DNA from: Botryllus schlosseri
Lineage: Eukaryota
Reading direction: 5' to 3'
Assembly: GCA_051294905.1 (NCBI GenBank)
Contig: CM119378.1
Span: 2,854,001 to 2,918,000 of the forward strand
DNA length: 64,000 nucleotides
A program made the translations under genes and the position numbers. The notes under the pieces are model-generated. The model saw only the letters and a program-made list of their open reading frames with translations. It made no database searches and was not told the DNA's origin. Positions 24,797 through 38,100 of the stretch are shown here, piece after piece (positions within the stretch are counted from its first letter, which is position 1; every line of letters begins with the position of its first letter).

Positions 24797-27700
24797 CTTG
24801 TTTTCCTAGAAGGCCAAAGACAGCCGCGGAATAAGCCTTACTCGACAATAAGGCTGGGCCATTGGGCATAATGTACTCACGCGACAATAATCAATCAAAA
24901 TCAAAGTCAATCAGACGTGGAATGATTGTGAAGAGATTCGCTTTTCATCACAAAATAAGTATGACCTGTTTACACGCGACAACAATCTACAAAAGATGGT
25001 ATACAGACGAATGTGTGTGAATGAATCAATAAAAATTATGATCACATACAAATCATATGTTTTTATGATTGAGCTTCACACAAACTTCAATAAAGGTTCT
25101 AGCAATGTTCCCTTAAGCTCTTGACACAGAATAATGTGTGGCAAGCACAAAAAAAAACGAAGTGATGACCTTTTCTAGTGGTTACCCACTGTTGTCACAG
25201 GGTACGCGCAGTTAGTTGGTGAGAGTGTGCGCGCAGACTCGTGAAAAATGGTGGTGGCGAGATAGCGTAATGGTATAATCCACAGTTCCAACACCAATGG
25301 CTATGGGTTCGAGTCCTACCGAGGTCGACTCACGGTTTATCTAGGCTAGGGTTGCCATACGTCAGGAATTTCCCGGACATGTCCGGAATTTCACCGTGAA
25401 ACTAGCGTCCGGGAGGAATTTCTAAGATGTCAAATGTTCAAATGTCCGGAATTTTGAAGACTTGACGTAGGCTCATAATTATTTCATAAATTGGCATAAA
25501 AACATTATTTTTGGGAATATTTATGCTGATGCATGATATTTTTCTTCGCGCAGCGCGCGATTTATTATCACTTTTGTAGATTTTGTTATGGAATCCACCA
25601 CCCTCGCAAAAAGTACAATAAAATATAAAATCAACCTTCATTTACTGGAATAAGCCTGACTGTAATCGCAATTATAGGAGAACGGTATATTCCTAGAGAT
25701 TGTTAAGGCCGTTTAAATGTTTTATTCAATGATATATAGTGGTTTCAAGCGTGGCGGTCGTTTGCCTTTCTTCTGGGGTTCGCGAATATGTTGAACGTAA
25801 TCAGCTTTTAAAATAGCCTGTGAGTAAGTCTGAGTAAAGGGGCTCAACTTCTTTTAGTAATCAGCTCGTCAAATTTTGATCCGGGTCGCGGAACATTTTC
25901 AAACTGGAGATGGAGTCGTGACCATAAAAGGTTGGAAACCACTGGATGTAGGGTGTTTATAACACTCCGTGGTGCGCACCGGCATCAAGCTGATAAACAA
26001 TGTTATCGGTGAGACATGAACATGACTTAACGATGTACAATTACGCTCCCTGTATTTTCGAACTCATCATTCTCCACCAGCTCTACCGCTAACTCTGATC
26101 ATGTGGGCGGAGAGTAGTAACTATATAGTTAGATATGGAACAACCAATATTATTGACAGAATTCATTCAAAAAATTTAACAATAAGACGCAAATAGAAAC
26201 CACATTCATATAGCATATAGCTGGTGTGAAATTTTAAAAGCCCAGTGCCAATCAAGACTGCTTGGACCACATCTGCGTAAAATTAAAAAAACAAAGACGA
26301 TCTCATGCAAATTCGAACAAAACCAATGAAGGGAGAACAATGCATTTCATTGAAAACATAACGAGTGAAAATTCGACACAAAACGTAAGAATTTTAGCAA
26401 GGATTGACCTATCAATCAATGTGGCATTATGTCTAGGTGCTGCAAGGGTAGGTAATAGCACACGTAGCACAGCAGATGCTTTTCCATAAATTTCAGACCG
26501 TATCATGCAGACTTTTTGACTACATTTAGTTGCGCATTGTAGAAATGATTTATTCGCACAAAAACTTGTTCGAAAAACATCGTTTGGTCGAATCGCAATA
26601 CCGGTGTTCTGTTGTGTGATATACTTGCAGCCATTACCAGCTCAGAGCCATCACTACTAACAGAGGCATAGTCATGGAGTGGATTTTGTGGAAACCTTTT
26701 GAAACTCCTTTTGAAATGCAGATTCCATCTTCAATATTTCTTGGCTCATTTGCAATTCAGTGATTGGTATTATCAGTTATTAGTTGTGTTTTAGTTAGTT
26801 AGTTCTTCAGTTCCAGTTAGCCATTTTGAAAATATAGTAGATTGTTCTAGTCTGGACTGGTGCCGTTCACTAGCATTGTCTGCTTCACGACAACTGATTG
26901 TCCATTCATTATCATTGCTAAAATTGTGATTCAAGAATTGAACAGCAAAGACGGAAGTCTTCAGGGAGTTCTGTCTCGGAATCGCCGGGACTTACAGATA
27001 CAATTTCAGCGGAACGTTAGGACATCCAGAAAAGCGACCACATTCTTCGCAATCCTCATAGCATATCTTCTTCATTCACAAAGGATTGTAGCTATAGAAA
27101 TACTTTTTTTTTGATTTTATTGCATGGCCGCAGTAATCGCATTGTCATCAGTAAGACGTCGTGTGAATTCTTCAATTCCTCCATGTCTCAAAGCTTTGGT
27201 AAGACTTCCATAAATGAGGGAAGCATCTCATTCAACAATGATTATTGTTCACGCAGGATTCGAACGCACCGCAAGAGGGTCGGGGCCTTCGCGAAAATAC
27301 GGAAATTCCATATAAAATGTCAATTTTAATCTTAAAATTACTTAAATACCAAATTAACCTGAAAAAAATAGGAGAAAGGTAACACCAACGAATACCGTCA
27401 CAAAACAACGACTAAACGAAACATTCAAATTATCCAAACAAGTTCGTGCAACAATTGCAATATCTTCATAAAAACATGTACTCATAACGCACGACCAACG
27501 CCATTAATTGGAGCTGGGTGAAGTTGAACCCGTCATTGTCGGGGTCTCACACAGTAAATATCAATCAATATTATCATTCACAGAAGACATATAAATTTAT
27601 TGATCCAATTACTTCAATCATCTGCCCACTGTCCCGTTTTGAGCCTCGAAGGACTTAGGGCTGAGCACAATGATCGAAGTATTCGCATCTGAATCGAGTA

Positions 27701-29128
27701 TTAATGATAATGATTTGAGTTTAGTGAGATATGATTCCTTCCTGTACTGAAATTATATGCTGCTTGCCACTAAATGTTTATTTATCACAGAAAATTATAG
27801 TTTCGATAGTATATTTCAATTATTTAATCCTTGAATCATGTGGTACTATCTCAGCATACAAAACATGTACTCGATTCAGAACTGAATCCCTCTTGTACTT
27901 GATTACGCCCATCCCTAAATACGGATGCAGAGTAACCTCCATGTATGACATCAGATAATGGTAGATTCAAGATGAAGAAACCATTCACAATAGACTCAAC
28001 CTGGGAGGTGCGGAGACCTTGGCAGAATTTTACAACAATAACGATTACAGCATATCAATCACACGCCCTCGAATCAAAATCTCATGAGATCACAGCACAA
28101 AAATGTCCGGCTGAAACAAAGAGAAATAACTAAATCCTGTAAAAAATTATTGCGAAAGGGCACAGTTACTGACTGGTAGTGACGAGAAAAGAAAACGTTA
28201 GCGTAACAAAAATGACAAACAACATAGATCGTAGATAGGTATTGCATATTTGAAGAGCTTCTTGCACTGCATAATTTCAATACACAATTGAACCATATCT
28301 TCATATCGAAATAAACGCAAATATTTCGACTGACACTCATCAGGGGTTTTCGTAGAGAATCAGTTAAAGATAAACAATGTTCTTGCCAATTCTCTGCTAG
28401 TCGCTGACGACTACCCCTGACGAGCGTCAGCCGAAAATATTCCGGTTCATTTCGATATGAAATATTAATCAATTGTATATTGAAAAAAGATATCTCTACC
28501 AGATGCCAGCTTTAATGTCTCTGGTTCGACAAGACACGTATTACAACAAGCGTCTCAGCACTGAAAATAAAATTGGACAAGTGGTAAAAATATGATGTGC
28601 TTTGTCGCGTGAAAACGCACGACACGGCAGAAAATGTACTTAAAATCCAGGACACCATCATGATATGCGGCTGGATGATATTCACAATTGAAACGTAGAA
28701 CAAGTCATTAATGTGGAAAATCCCCATTTGCTGCCACGATTTGGTGTAGAAAAAAATTCAAGGAACATACAAAACAGTTCCAACTTTCTCATGTAAAAAT
28801 CGTATATGCAGCAATCTTATCGCATGACACTTTAATATCCAGTGAAAAATAGAGAAAAATCAGGAAACGTGTCTTTCAACGGTCTGTGGACATATGAGCA
28901 TGCGACACTTCAGCATATGGGTTAAAATTAGCATTGGAATTGCGTTAGATTAAGAGTTAGGGTTCGGGTCGCAGTTTGACAGCTAGAACATTTTCGGCAT
29001 TTCAAAATTAGATCACAACTGTAATTATACAAATCAGATCAGAATGACTGAATTCGCAAAACTTGAATGATGCCGAATTGGAGAGAAAGAAATCAAAAAT
29101 CAAAAGTTTCCGCATTTCCGCCACCGCA

Positions 29129-32100
29129 TCACACGCAATCTGCTTCCATTTCCGCGATTGCATTCGCCAGCCTTTCATAGTCACAAAACTCGTTGTAGAT
29201 ATGCGACGAGATCCGCACGTATAGTTTGTTTTGGATACAAACGACAGCTGTGTCGATCTTGTAGTCGTTGTACAGCTGCTGTTCGATGACGGACGATATG
29301 GTCGACAATTCTTCTCGTCGATTGGCGTAGAGCGGCGCCGGCAGCGACACGCAGCACGTCATTCCTAGGAGGGCAAAATCGTAAAGTATCAATTGACGAA
29401 ACATACTTTTAGGGGCGTCAGAGTTGGATAAACTCACAAACATACCACAGTCGCAATCAAGGGCTGTGCATGAATAGCTTGGGACGTAGGAAATTCTGTC
29501 ATTGAGCTACACAGCTTCAATCGTTTCGTTTAAATTTAGCCAAATTTGCTGTGTGCTTCTGTAGGTTGGAATTGAGCCAAAAATGGTGTGCAGTGATTTT
29601 AGGCAAATCCAGACTTGTTATTTTGTTTATTGATATACAATCTATTTTACGTTCTTTACTCCTTCTGTCTTATGATTTTATCCTCATCTTGGTAATATAT
29701 TATAAGAACATGACTCAAATACATCAAAAATCCCCAGCTGCTCCATCGGGTCATAAGTATTGCTGGTATTTGCTACAGAAAAGGAGCGTTCCGTTTTGTT
29801 GCTTATGGTAGCTCAATTTTATCAGCCCAAAATTGGATGAACACAAGACAAATACACTATGAAGCCAGCACAACAGTGATGCAACCAGATACCTAAGCGA
29901 AACCAATATGGAGCAGTACGATTTAACAATCAGAATTACGATTCGCATTGTAACACAGCAATAACAAACTTTGAAGTTCACGACATAATATTTGCAACTG
30001 TGAATGTAAAAACAATATACCATATACACAAATAAAGCAAATTGATGGATGATTTGTAAGTTATAAAGAATATCTTTTTGTTTATATCAACTGAGATTGG
30101 TCAAGTAAATAATCGTTGATTGCAAAACTTTAAAGCGATTATTGGTTTCACTTTTGAATCTGTCTGAATCCCTTTTGTGTCAGAATGTTATAGCAAATAT
30201 ATTGTTCACAATGAAACTGGAAAAAATACGATACCATTCATGTCCAACGGTGCAAGCAAGTCCGCGTCCCACTGAGACTGAAACAACTGAATCGCTTTCC
30301 GCAACAGCGAATGCGAGTATTTGCAAATCTTTTTGAAATCCATCGATTCCCAGAAGTTCAAGGCCGAAAAAACGGCGAAACGCGAGCAAATGCTCCTGGG
30401 GTCTAAAAACCGAATACCTTTCGGATAATTTGGCGTAACTCGTACTCAGTTATGACTAGGAGTGGTCACAATGATTTGAGTACTACAATCTGAAAGATAA
30501 ACTTTTTTTCGGATACGAGGATTCACAAATTGTTAGGTTGCCTGAAAAAAGGCTGCACACCGAATTTGGCTCAATTTCAACCAGCCGAAGCCGCTGCAGA
30601 GACAATTGAAATTGCTGAATTTATTTTTGAAAAATTATACCGTACAACATACCTTGGGACGAATAATTCGTCTCGATGGCGAATTCACTATTTTGCAAAT
30701 CACCACTTCCTTTCTTCCTATACACAAACGAGCAGCCTTTTGCAGAACACAGCCACCGATCACACGACCCTACGTAGTAGTCCGGGGCCAGATACGAGAG
30801 ATTCAACGGCTCCTGTCCGAATCCGTGAGAGCCATTTATCAGCACCGGCACGCCTCTGGAATATTGATGAGCAAATACAATGCATCCTTACTCAAATAGC
30901 TGGATAATTGAATAGTATATTTATATTGAAATGAACCCGAATATTTTCGGCTGTCACTCGTCAGGGGTAATCGTCAGCAACTAGTAGAGAATTCAAAAGA
31001 ACATCGTATATCAACAGTCGTAGCACAAAATATGACGTCACCAAGCACGAAATGCCGAATACGAGAGCGTTCAATGTACTCTTTTAGATGATGCACGAAC
31101 TCTTTTTGTTGACACAGCCTTGGCTGGTGCATTTTGATAAAAGTCGACTCCAAGGCGCACAAATGAAAGTGTGAGCGACCCTTTCCGAGTATGCGAAATC
31201 AGTCGTCTCGATAATTTTTCGCACAGGCGGGATTATCCAACAAGTTTTTGCCAATTGCAGAATTTACGGCCTTTGATTGTTCCGCATCAATCTTGAGCAG
31301 ATGAGTTAAGGGTGGGCTTTTCACCGAGCGTGTTCTAATGAATCTAGGGACATGTTATTTTATGCGTAGAATTAGTTAGTAGAATTATTGATATCCAAGT
31401 AAGTATACTAAGTATGAATCAGTATTCAAGTCGGCAAGACCTGTGTCATTGAATATCTTTTATTTTTCCTATGTAACAGAAAGTACGGTCCCTTAAATGC
31501 AGCACGAAAATATGCGTCATATATTCTTAGACCCTTACTTCATGTGACAGAGCAAAACCATCTCTTTTATGGGCAAGATAAATCCGTAACTGGCCGGCGA
31601 ATGATCGAAAACAGCCAGCGTGGTTTCCTCGTCCAGAGTCTCGGAAAGGACGCTGACTATGTCGTCATGGTTTTGCAGGGGTAACAGTAGCGTCTCTTCC
31701 TGGCAACGGGAGCCCGTCTTTTCGCAGATGTCTTTTATCGCGGTTCTAGTCTCGTCTGAAAGGAATCGTTTTACCCTTAGGGCCTTAGCTAAATCAAGGC
31801 CTACAGAATAAACTTCGCATTTGACTGTAAAGATTCAGGGGGTAGGCACTTTTGTGTTAGGTAAAATTTGGTATTGCGATATGTTTTAAACTAGTGATTC
31901 CCAAACTGAGTGCCGCCACAGATTCTCTTTCTTGAATTTTGGAAAATGACTGAAAAATATTGAAGTTTTACACACAAGCATATCTGACTTAAAAGCAGTC
32001 GAACTTCTTTAACAGCTGATAAACAATCACACATGACCAAATATGTCCATGAAACCAATCATGGCCTTGTCAATAAGTGGTGTATAATGTCTACATCATA

Positions 32101-34523
32101 ACTCGTCTGTTATGTCACGAAGAAATTCTTGGACTCGTTCCAAATCAACTCAAAAAACAAGCAACAGTGTCGTAAATCACGAGTACATTGTCTGGACGTC
32201 AAGATAGATGGATAGAAGATAAAAGACAGAAGATTGATAAAAAGATAGATAGATAGGATAGATAGACAGAGAGGCAGACAGACAGACGGATAGATAAACT
32301 GGAAATGATTCAACCACCTTATAGCATAATCACGAGTGAGATTTCAAGTTAGAACATATTATACGTAAAGCATTGCCCTCCACCAGCATAGTGCCTGATA
32401 AAACTACGCAACGTCTCCACCCAATATTACAGTAAGACGCATCACGTACCGCTTGAGAAACTCAAGTAATAGATGGAGGAGCGCTGCGAAAGCCGTAAAT
32501 CATCAAGGACGGTGTCCATACCGGAACGGACCGTGTCGGTAAAGGACAGATTGTTCTGTTCGCATCCTGAATAAAAAAATATCTATTATTAATGGAGCAA
32601 TTTTTTGACATTTCAAAAAGAGTCGAAATTAGGTCAAAATTGTAGCGTTAGGTCAAAAAGTGTCAAAATTCTTTCACAACCTGCATTTGTTTGTATCGTA
32701 GATTTTGCACTGTCGGAGAACTTATTGACATTTTACAGCTTGTAGCCTACTTTTATAGACGGCCCATTGTCTGCTTATTGTGAATCATAACCATTCAAAT
32801 AAAACAAATAGGTTGACATGGTGTTGTGCCCAACGTACCGCAATATCCTAACTGAAGCAAGACTGTGTGGGCATTGCATGGTTCTTATATCGAGAAGCCC
32901 ATGATGAAATATTGTAATGTAGACAACATTGTCAGAATGAAGCAACACGGTTTGTCACCAGCGGTGTACGCAAAACTTGACTGTTGCCAGCCAACAACTG
33001 CTGCTGATGAACGTTCTTTCTCCATTCTTGGCAAGCTACTTAGTAATGACAGACACTTTCTACCGGAGAATGCAGGAAAGAATCTTTCGTTGTACCGCAA
33101 CAGATTTTAATTATTTCTACCATAATACGTTACGCAACTACTGGAATTCTCCATAGCGCTAAATTTTGTTAAAATCAAGTTTTTTGTTGAAAAAATATGT
33201 CAGTTTTCGACTCAAAAAAGTTTTTCCAGGCCGAACTACTTCGTAAGGACAGACAGTTCCAACCAGAAATGAAGCTAAATATTACAATTCTAACATTATG
33301 TGGGAAAACACCTAAATTTGGTCAAAATTAAGTTTTTTAATGTAAAAAAATGACAAAATTTCAATTTTTTAGGTCAAAATCTTCCGTTTTTCGGTAAAAA
33401 ACTTATTCTAGTTATTAAACAATATAACCAAGTGTACCATACATAATACTCAAGAATTCCATAGTTCAAATGTGTACCTTTCACACAATCAGAACAAAAT
33501 ATTGCTAGCATAGCAGCTTCACATATGATCTCGATATTCGGAAGACATGTCTACCTAGAAGCGCATTTCCAAAACTTCAGAGCATCAAATCATGAAGCAG
33601 GTTTACAAACATCGCTATGTCGGGATCTAAAATGTACTAGAAAGGCTGCGTCTGGATCAGGGTTGTAACCAAGTCACAAGTCAATTTGACTTCGATAGTT
33701 TTGACTCGAGTCATTTCCAATTCACCTCCGAGTCAAGTCAAGGTTCGTCGATATTAGCACCGTTCCGATATAATCTGTCGGGTGCCAACGATAAGCCCAA
33801 CTTACCCACAAAGTTTGCGAATCTCTTCCGCAATTGCTTCATCCACGGCGGACACGGCTTTCTGAAGAACGATTGCGGCCTGCTCTCAATGTACCGCTGG
33901 CAGCGATGCGTAAGCTCCAAGGAATTTACCAAAGTGGAGCCGCGTTCGCCGTGATTGAGAAATATGTAGTCCTAAAATGAAATGAAGACAACATTCCATT
34001 ACCTAATATTACTATACGCTGTGCATCAACAACAGTGTTAAAAAAAAAAACCTTCAAAACATGGTTTTCGCACACAACAAAAAGATGATAATGAACCCCT
34101 GAAACTGGGTCAGCAAACCACTGGGACTTTGCACCCCAGTTAATAACCACTGCACTAGTTACCCAGATTGTGCACTGCAATATTCAGTTCAGCGTCTCAA
34201 ATTTCTGTTTCGCAAAATTTAATTTCTCAAAAACCTATTCCTAATCGCAATTTTACACAGGTAAAAGCAAGCTCGAAGTCTAAACCAAGATCTGTAGTGA
34301 ACTTCAACGACACATTATCAACAGCATTTGATAAATTTATTTCTTACAAATTAGCGAGCCTCATCACAAATACTAGTAGCGAACACGAAACAGAATTCGA
34401 AATAGAACGACTAACCTGGTCCAGGTAGAAAAAGTCTCTTTTTGCCTCCAATCCAGACGAAAACTTGCCGCAGACGTCCACGTATTTTGTCATCTGCGAC
34501 GAAAACTCATCGCCTGTCGCGAT
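29129..34523 (-). CDS. Gene B, C-terminal module: paralogous class-V aminotransferase/Egt2-like fold with a degenerate PLP site (probable pseudoenzyme)
   Basis: Seven exons: 34416-34523, 33806-33971, 32450-32566, 31539-31755, 30653-30855, 30235-30402, 29129-29364 (404 aa). Intron phases match gene A. Exon lengths 108/166/117/217/203/168/236 versus 117/166/117/217/224/168/233 in A. Motifs: FLNHGERG, FDHSPA, VLINGSHG, DYYVGSCDRWLCSAKG, YVRISSHIYN. Confidence 0.9.
32820..33110 (+). mobile_element. hAT-like transposase C-terminal relic, copy 2
   Basis: CCQPTTAADERSFSILGKLLSNDRHFLPEN; DNA near-identical to 16200-16490. Confidence 0.7.
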
Positions 34524-35105
34524 CTATAAATGCATGATAATTTCAATCTTTATTACAGCTACCAGAACTTTTTGTTTCGAACATATACGACTGTTTTGGC
34601 ACAAGCAGACAGTAAATAGAAACCCACACTGGGTAAATCGCTTCGCAAGCCCGATTTTACAGACACAGCACCAAATTTTTCTGAACAAATCCACATCCAA
34701 CGTTGGAACAATGTACGCTAGGGCTGGTCAAAAATAACTTTTTACTTCAAACTTGAAATTTGAACAAATTTTTTTATATATTTTAATGGCAACCCCATGA
34801 AACTGTTAAGTTTTCTAAAAACAACACGAACAACAGCAAATTTGACTCAATTCGAACCCGTAGAAGCAAAGTTGTTGGTTACCAAAAATCATATTTTAAA
34901 ATAAAGTAAATATGGTGGGAAATTCTTTTATTAATTATAGAACTATTCACAGTAAATATCATGATTTTTCAAATACAAATTTTTAAAAATATTATTCAAT
35001 TATTATCATTAATTTGGTGTACAGCATTTTTTTTAGCCACCCTGACAATTTTATCATGTAGCCAGTGAAGTTTGAAAAAAAGGTGTAGTGGGTGAAAAAA
35101 GGTAC

Positions 35106-38100
35106 CGTCGAATCGGAGTATTTCCTTTTTGACGCAGCCAGAGACGGAAACCTCTCCTGAAACTTGTTTAAAGACGATTTTGAGAGAGAAAACGCTTCCG
35201 ACAATTCGACGGGATGGCTTTGCATGCGCGAGTTCGGACGGGCGTCGGTTTGCGTCGAAGTAGTCTTCTGCAAAATCAAAGGGCACGAATTGTTTGCAAT
35301 ATCTGAAAATGATATTACCGCGTTGCCAAGTTCTCGTATGCTAATTGCCAATAGCAGCCAATTTGAAACAACAGAGATAAAATCCGTGAAGGAATCAATG
35401 TATGTTGAATAGATATTGGGTCGGAAGCAGGCTTAATTCATCGTAAAATGTTGAAATTTGCGAAGGAATGCAAAGAAATCACCACCGCGGCTTTTAAAAC
35501 ACTATCTTATTTAACATTTTTCAGCCTTATTGTCAGCCTTGTTGTCAAAACTAGGCCTAGAGCACAAGTCAATTCTATTTTTATGGCTTTGACTCGAGTC
35601 AAGTCGAGTCATTTTCAAATCACCACTGAGTCCAAGTCACTGTCATGTGAATCTGGCCTTTTACAACTCTGCCCGAGTGATATCGAATCGCTAGTATTCA
35701 TAATATACCAATTTTCTTCGCTTTTAACAGTTTCTGGAAGCATTTTCAAGTATCAGTACTGATAGACGAAATACTAATAGTCTGGCAACTTTACTATTAT
35801 TCGAAATTACAATAAAATGCCTGTCTTGGTAGACCCAGTCTCGAGTCATATGACTCGAGTACAAGTCGAGTCACCAGAAAATTGCGACTAGAGTGCTAGA
35901 TTATATTGTGGTCAGCATTTAAAAAGTAAAATGTCCCATTACCCGGTTAACTGCAGCCCGCAAATGGCCGCTAGCATCCGTGTCGTTTTCCGCAGCCGGG
36001 AATTCGTTGTTCATCCACTTGCGGATATACTTTGCCGAGACTTTGAAATTCTTCACGGCGGCGTCGACGCCTTTTCGCCTCGCAAAATTGGCGATGCGCG
36101 ACCGAAACTGCTGCCTTCTCAACGCCATTATCGACTGAAAATGACTCGCGTCTTAGCAAAGGATTTGAATCAGTGGTAAAACAAATTTTCAAATCTTACT
36201 GTCATTTTTTACATAGTTGTTCTAATTGCATATTTTATTTTTTATATTCAACTATTATTACTATACCTAAGCAACTAATAACCTACATTAAGACTAACTC
36301 ACTTCTTTCCCAGGGCCGCTCAAAGCCTGACTAGACCCGATCGTGTTAGAGCCCGCGCATTCACCCAGCCAATACTCGATATCGTCTTCCGAAACCTTGA
36401 AGAAACTGGCCGCGGCCTTGTTCCCGTGACGCCGGGCATATGAAATGATCTTCATCCTCGTAGAGTGGCCCAGGGCCGATCCCCTGAACAGGCCTGTAGA
36501 CTTAGTCTGCGTTTTCGACTGCTTTGAAGCGTTTTCCAGTTTTTTCTTCTTACGCGGGGGTCGGAAGTCAACGTCGGTATCGTGAATGTCGTCAACGGCA
36601 ATTTCGTCAGTCACTCGTAGCGCCACAGAGTCTTTTTTTGGCGTGTCATCGCCTTCCTACATATAGAGGTGTTCAGTAACGGTGTATTTTTCCGAGTGCT
36701 GATATAGTTTTTGCATACTGGCGCTAGATTAGCAGTTATGTCTTACACCCATGGTTGTTAACAGATATATCACAACTTTATATGTAAATTCCAAGATGCA
36801 AGAAGGCTTGTCCGAATGCAGCATCAAATTCTTAAATTCATTTCGATTTTATAAGTATTAACCGTATTTTTCTGCACGGTGTCCTTTCCTATTCAAGCAA
36901 GTTACAAGAGAGAGGTGTGGAGACTTATGAACGAATTTAGTTGAATTGCGACAGGGTAATAAAGCTAAATCTGGCAGTAAAATAGAGGCTATACAGCAGA
37001 CATCAGCATTGTGCGGCCTGTGAAAAGTCCCTTGTAATCTAGACTAAAGAAACTATTTATAATGTTGATGTGTGAACAGAAACTACTGTATAAAATCATC
37101 CAGAAGTGCGTTCACTTTGAAGTCTAGTGTATTTAAGCACCATGATTACGTAACCTACATACATCACGTGAGTAATCCAGCTTTAAAAGAAAGTCAATAC
37201 AGCAAATTGAAGTTACAAGTCACTGTTTCCAAACTAAAGTTTAAATCTTGTTTGTTGTCAGGTCAGTTACGTCACGCGTTTCCAAATCCTACTTCGTAAA
37301 ATATAGCAATCGATGCACGTAATTAGAGGTCATCCACACTCGCAAACGATGTTATGGCGAGCAATGAAAGACGCCGCTGAAGGCCGACATTTCAACAAGA
37401 CTTGGAGCGCTACATATTTGTTTAACGTACATCAAGTTGAGCGCTCTCTTCGCTCTGATTATTCTAAATTTCACGCTAGTGACGACATATTTGATGATAC
37501 AATCGCTATTTATTTTGAGTAATGGAGTTCCTCTAATCCTAGGCCTTTGACGCTGCAACCAACCTCGAGCACGGCCTCCTTCCTCAGCTTTGGTTCCGCT
37601 TTACGCCAGGATCTGATAGTGGATTCGCTGATATCGTATCTTCTGGCGGAGGCCGCGTTTCCGACTTTTTGGGCGTACTCGACCACGGACAACTTGAAGG
37701 CGGGAGTTCGCTTACCCCCAACTTGATCGTTCGGAACCTGCCGATGAGCAATCGCAGTCAGTAACAGAGTCAATATCAAAGTACTATAAGCGGTTATGAT
37801 TATAAACCGCTTCTACTCCTTCATTTACTCGGAGATCACTACTAGTATTCGGAGTACTAACTCAGGGGCGGCCAACCCGCGAGAAGGTTTTGCGTGGCCC
37901 GCAATCTAATTCTCGATATTAGTTAGATTGGGGCCCACGATACGATAAGTTATATCGTAGGCCCCTGTTATATTATATAAAAAAATGATAACCGCGGTAA
38001 AATATTGTGAACTTACAAGGCCAACCAAAAATTTGATTACCCCGACCGCGAAATTTGGGATGTTGATGACTAAATTATCAGTTCCGACGCATTGTCGTAG

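Noticed and set aside
25250..25350. Possible tRNA gene (GGTTCGAGTCC)
   Set aside because: No consistent acceptor or anticodon stems; better explained as a SINE head.
26260..27360. Coding-like stretch between genes B and A, considered as a further 5' exon of gene A or another gene
   Set aside because: The frames I read contain multiple stops and no recognisable domain; possibly a decayed element.
29129..34523. Calling the second lyase copy a pseudogene
   Set aside because: No stops or frameshifts across seven exons despite high divergence, and splice sites and exon lengths are conserved.
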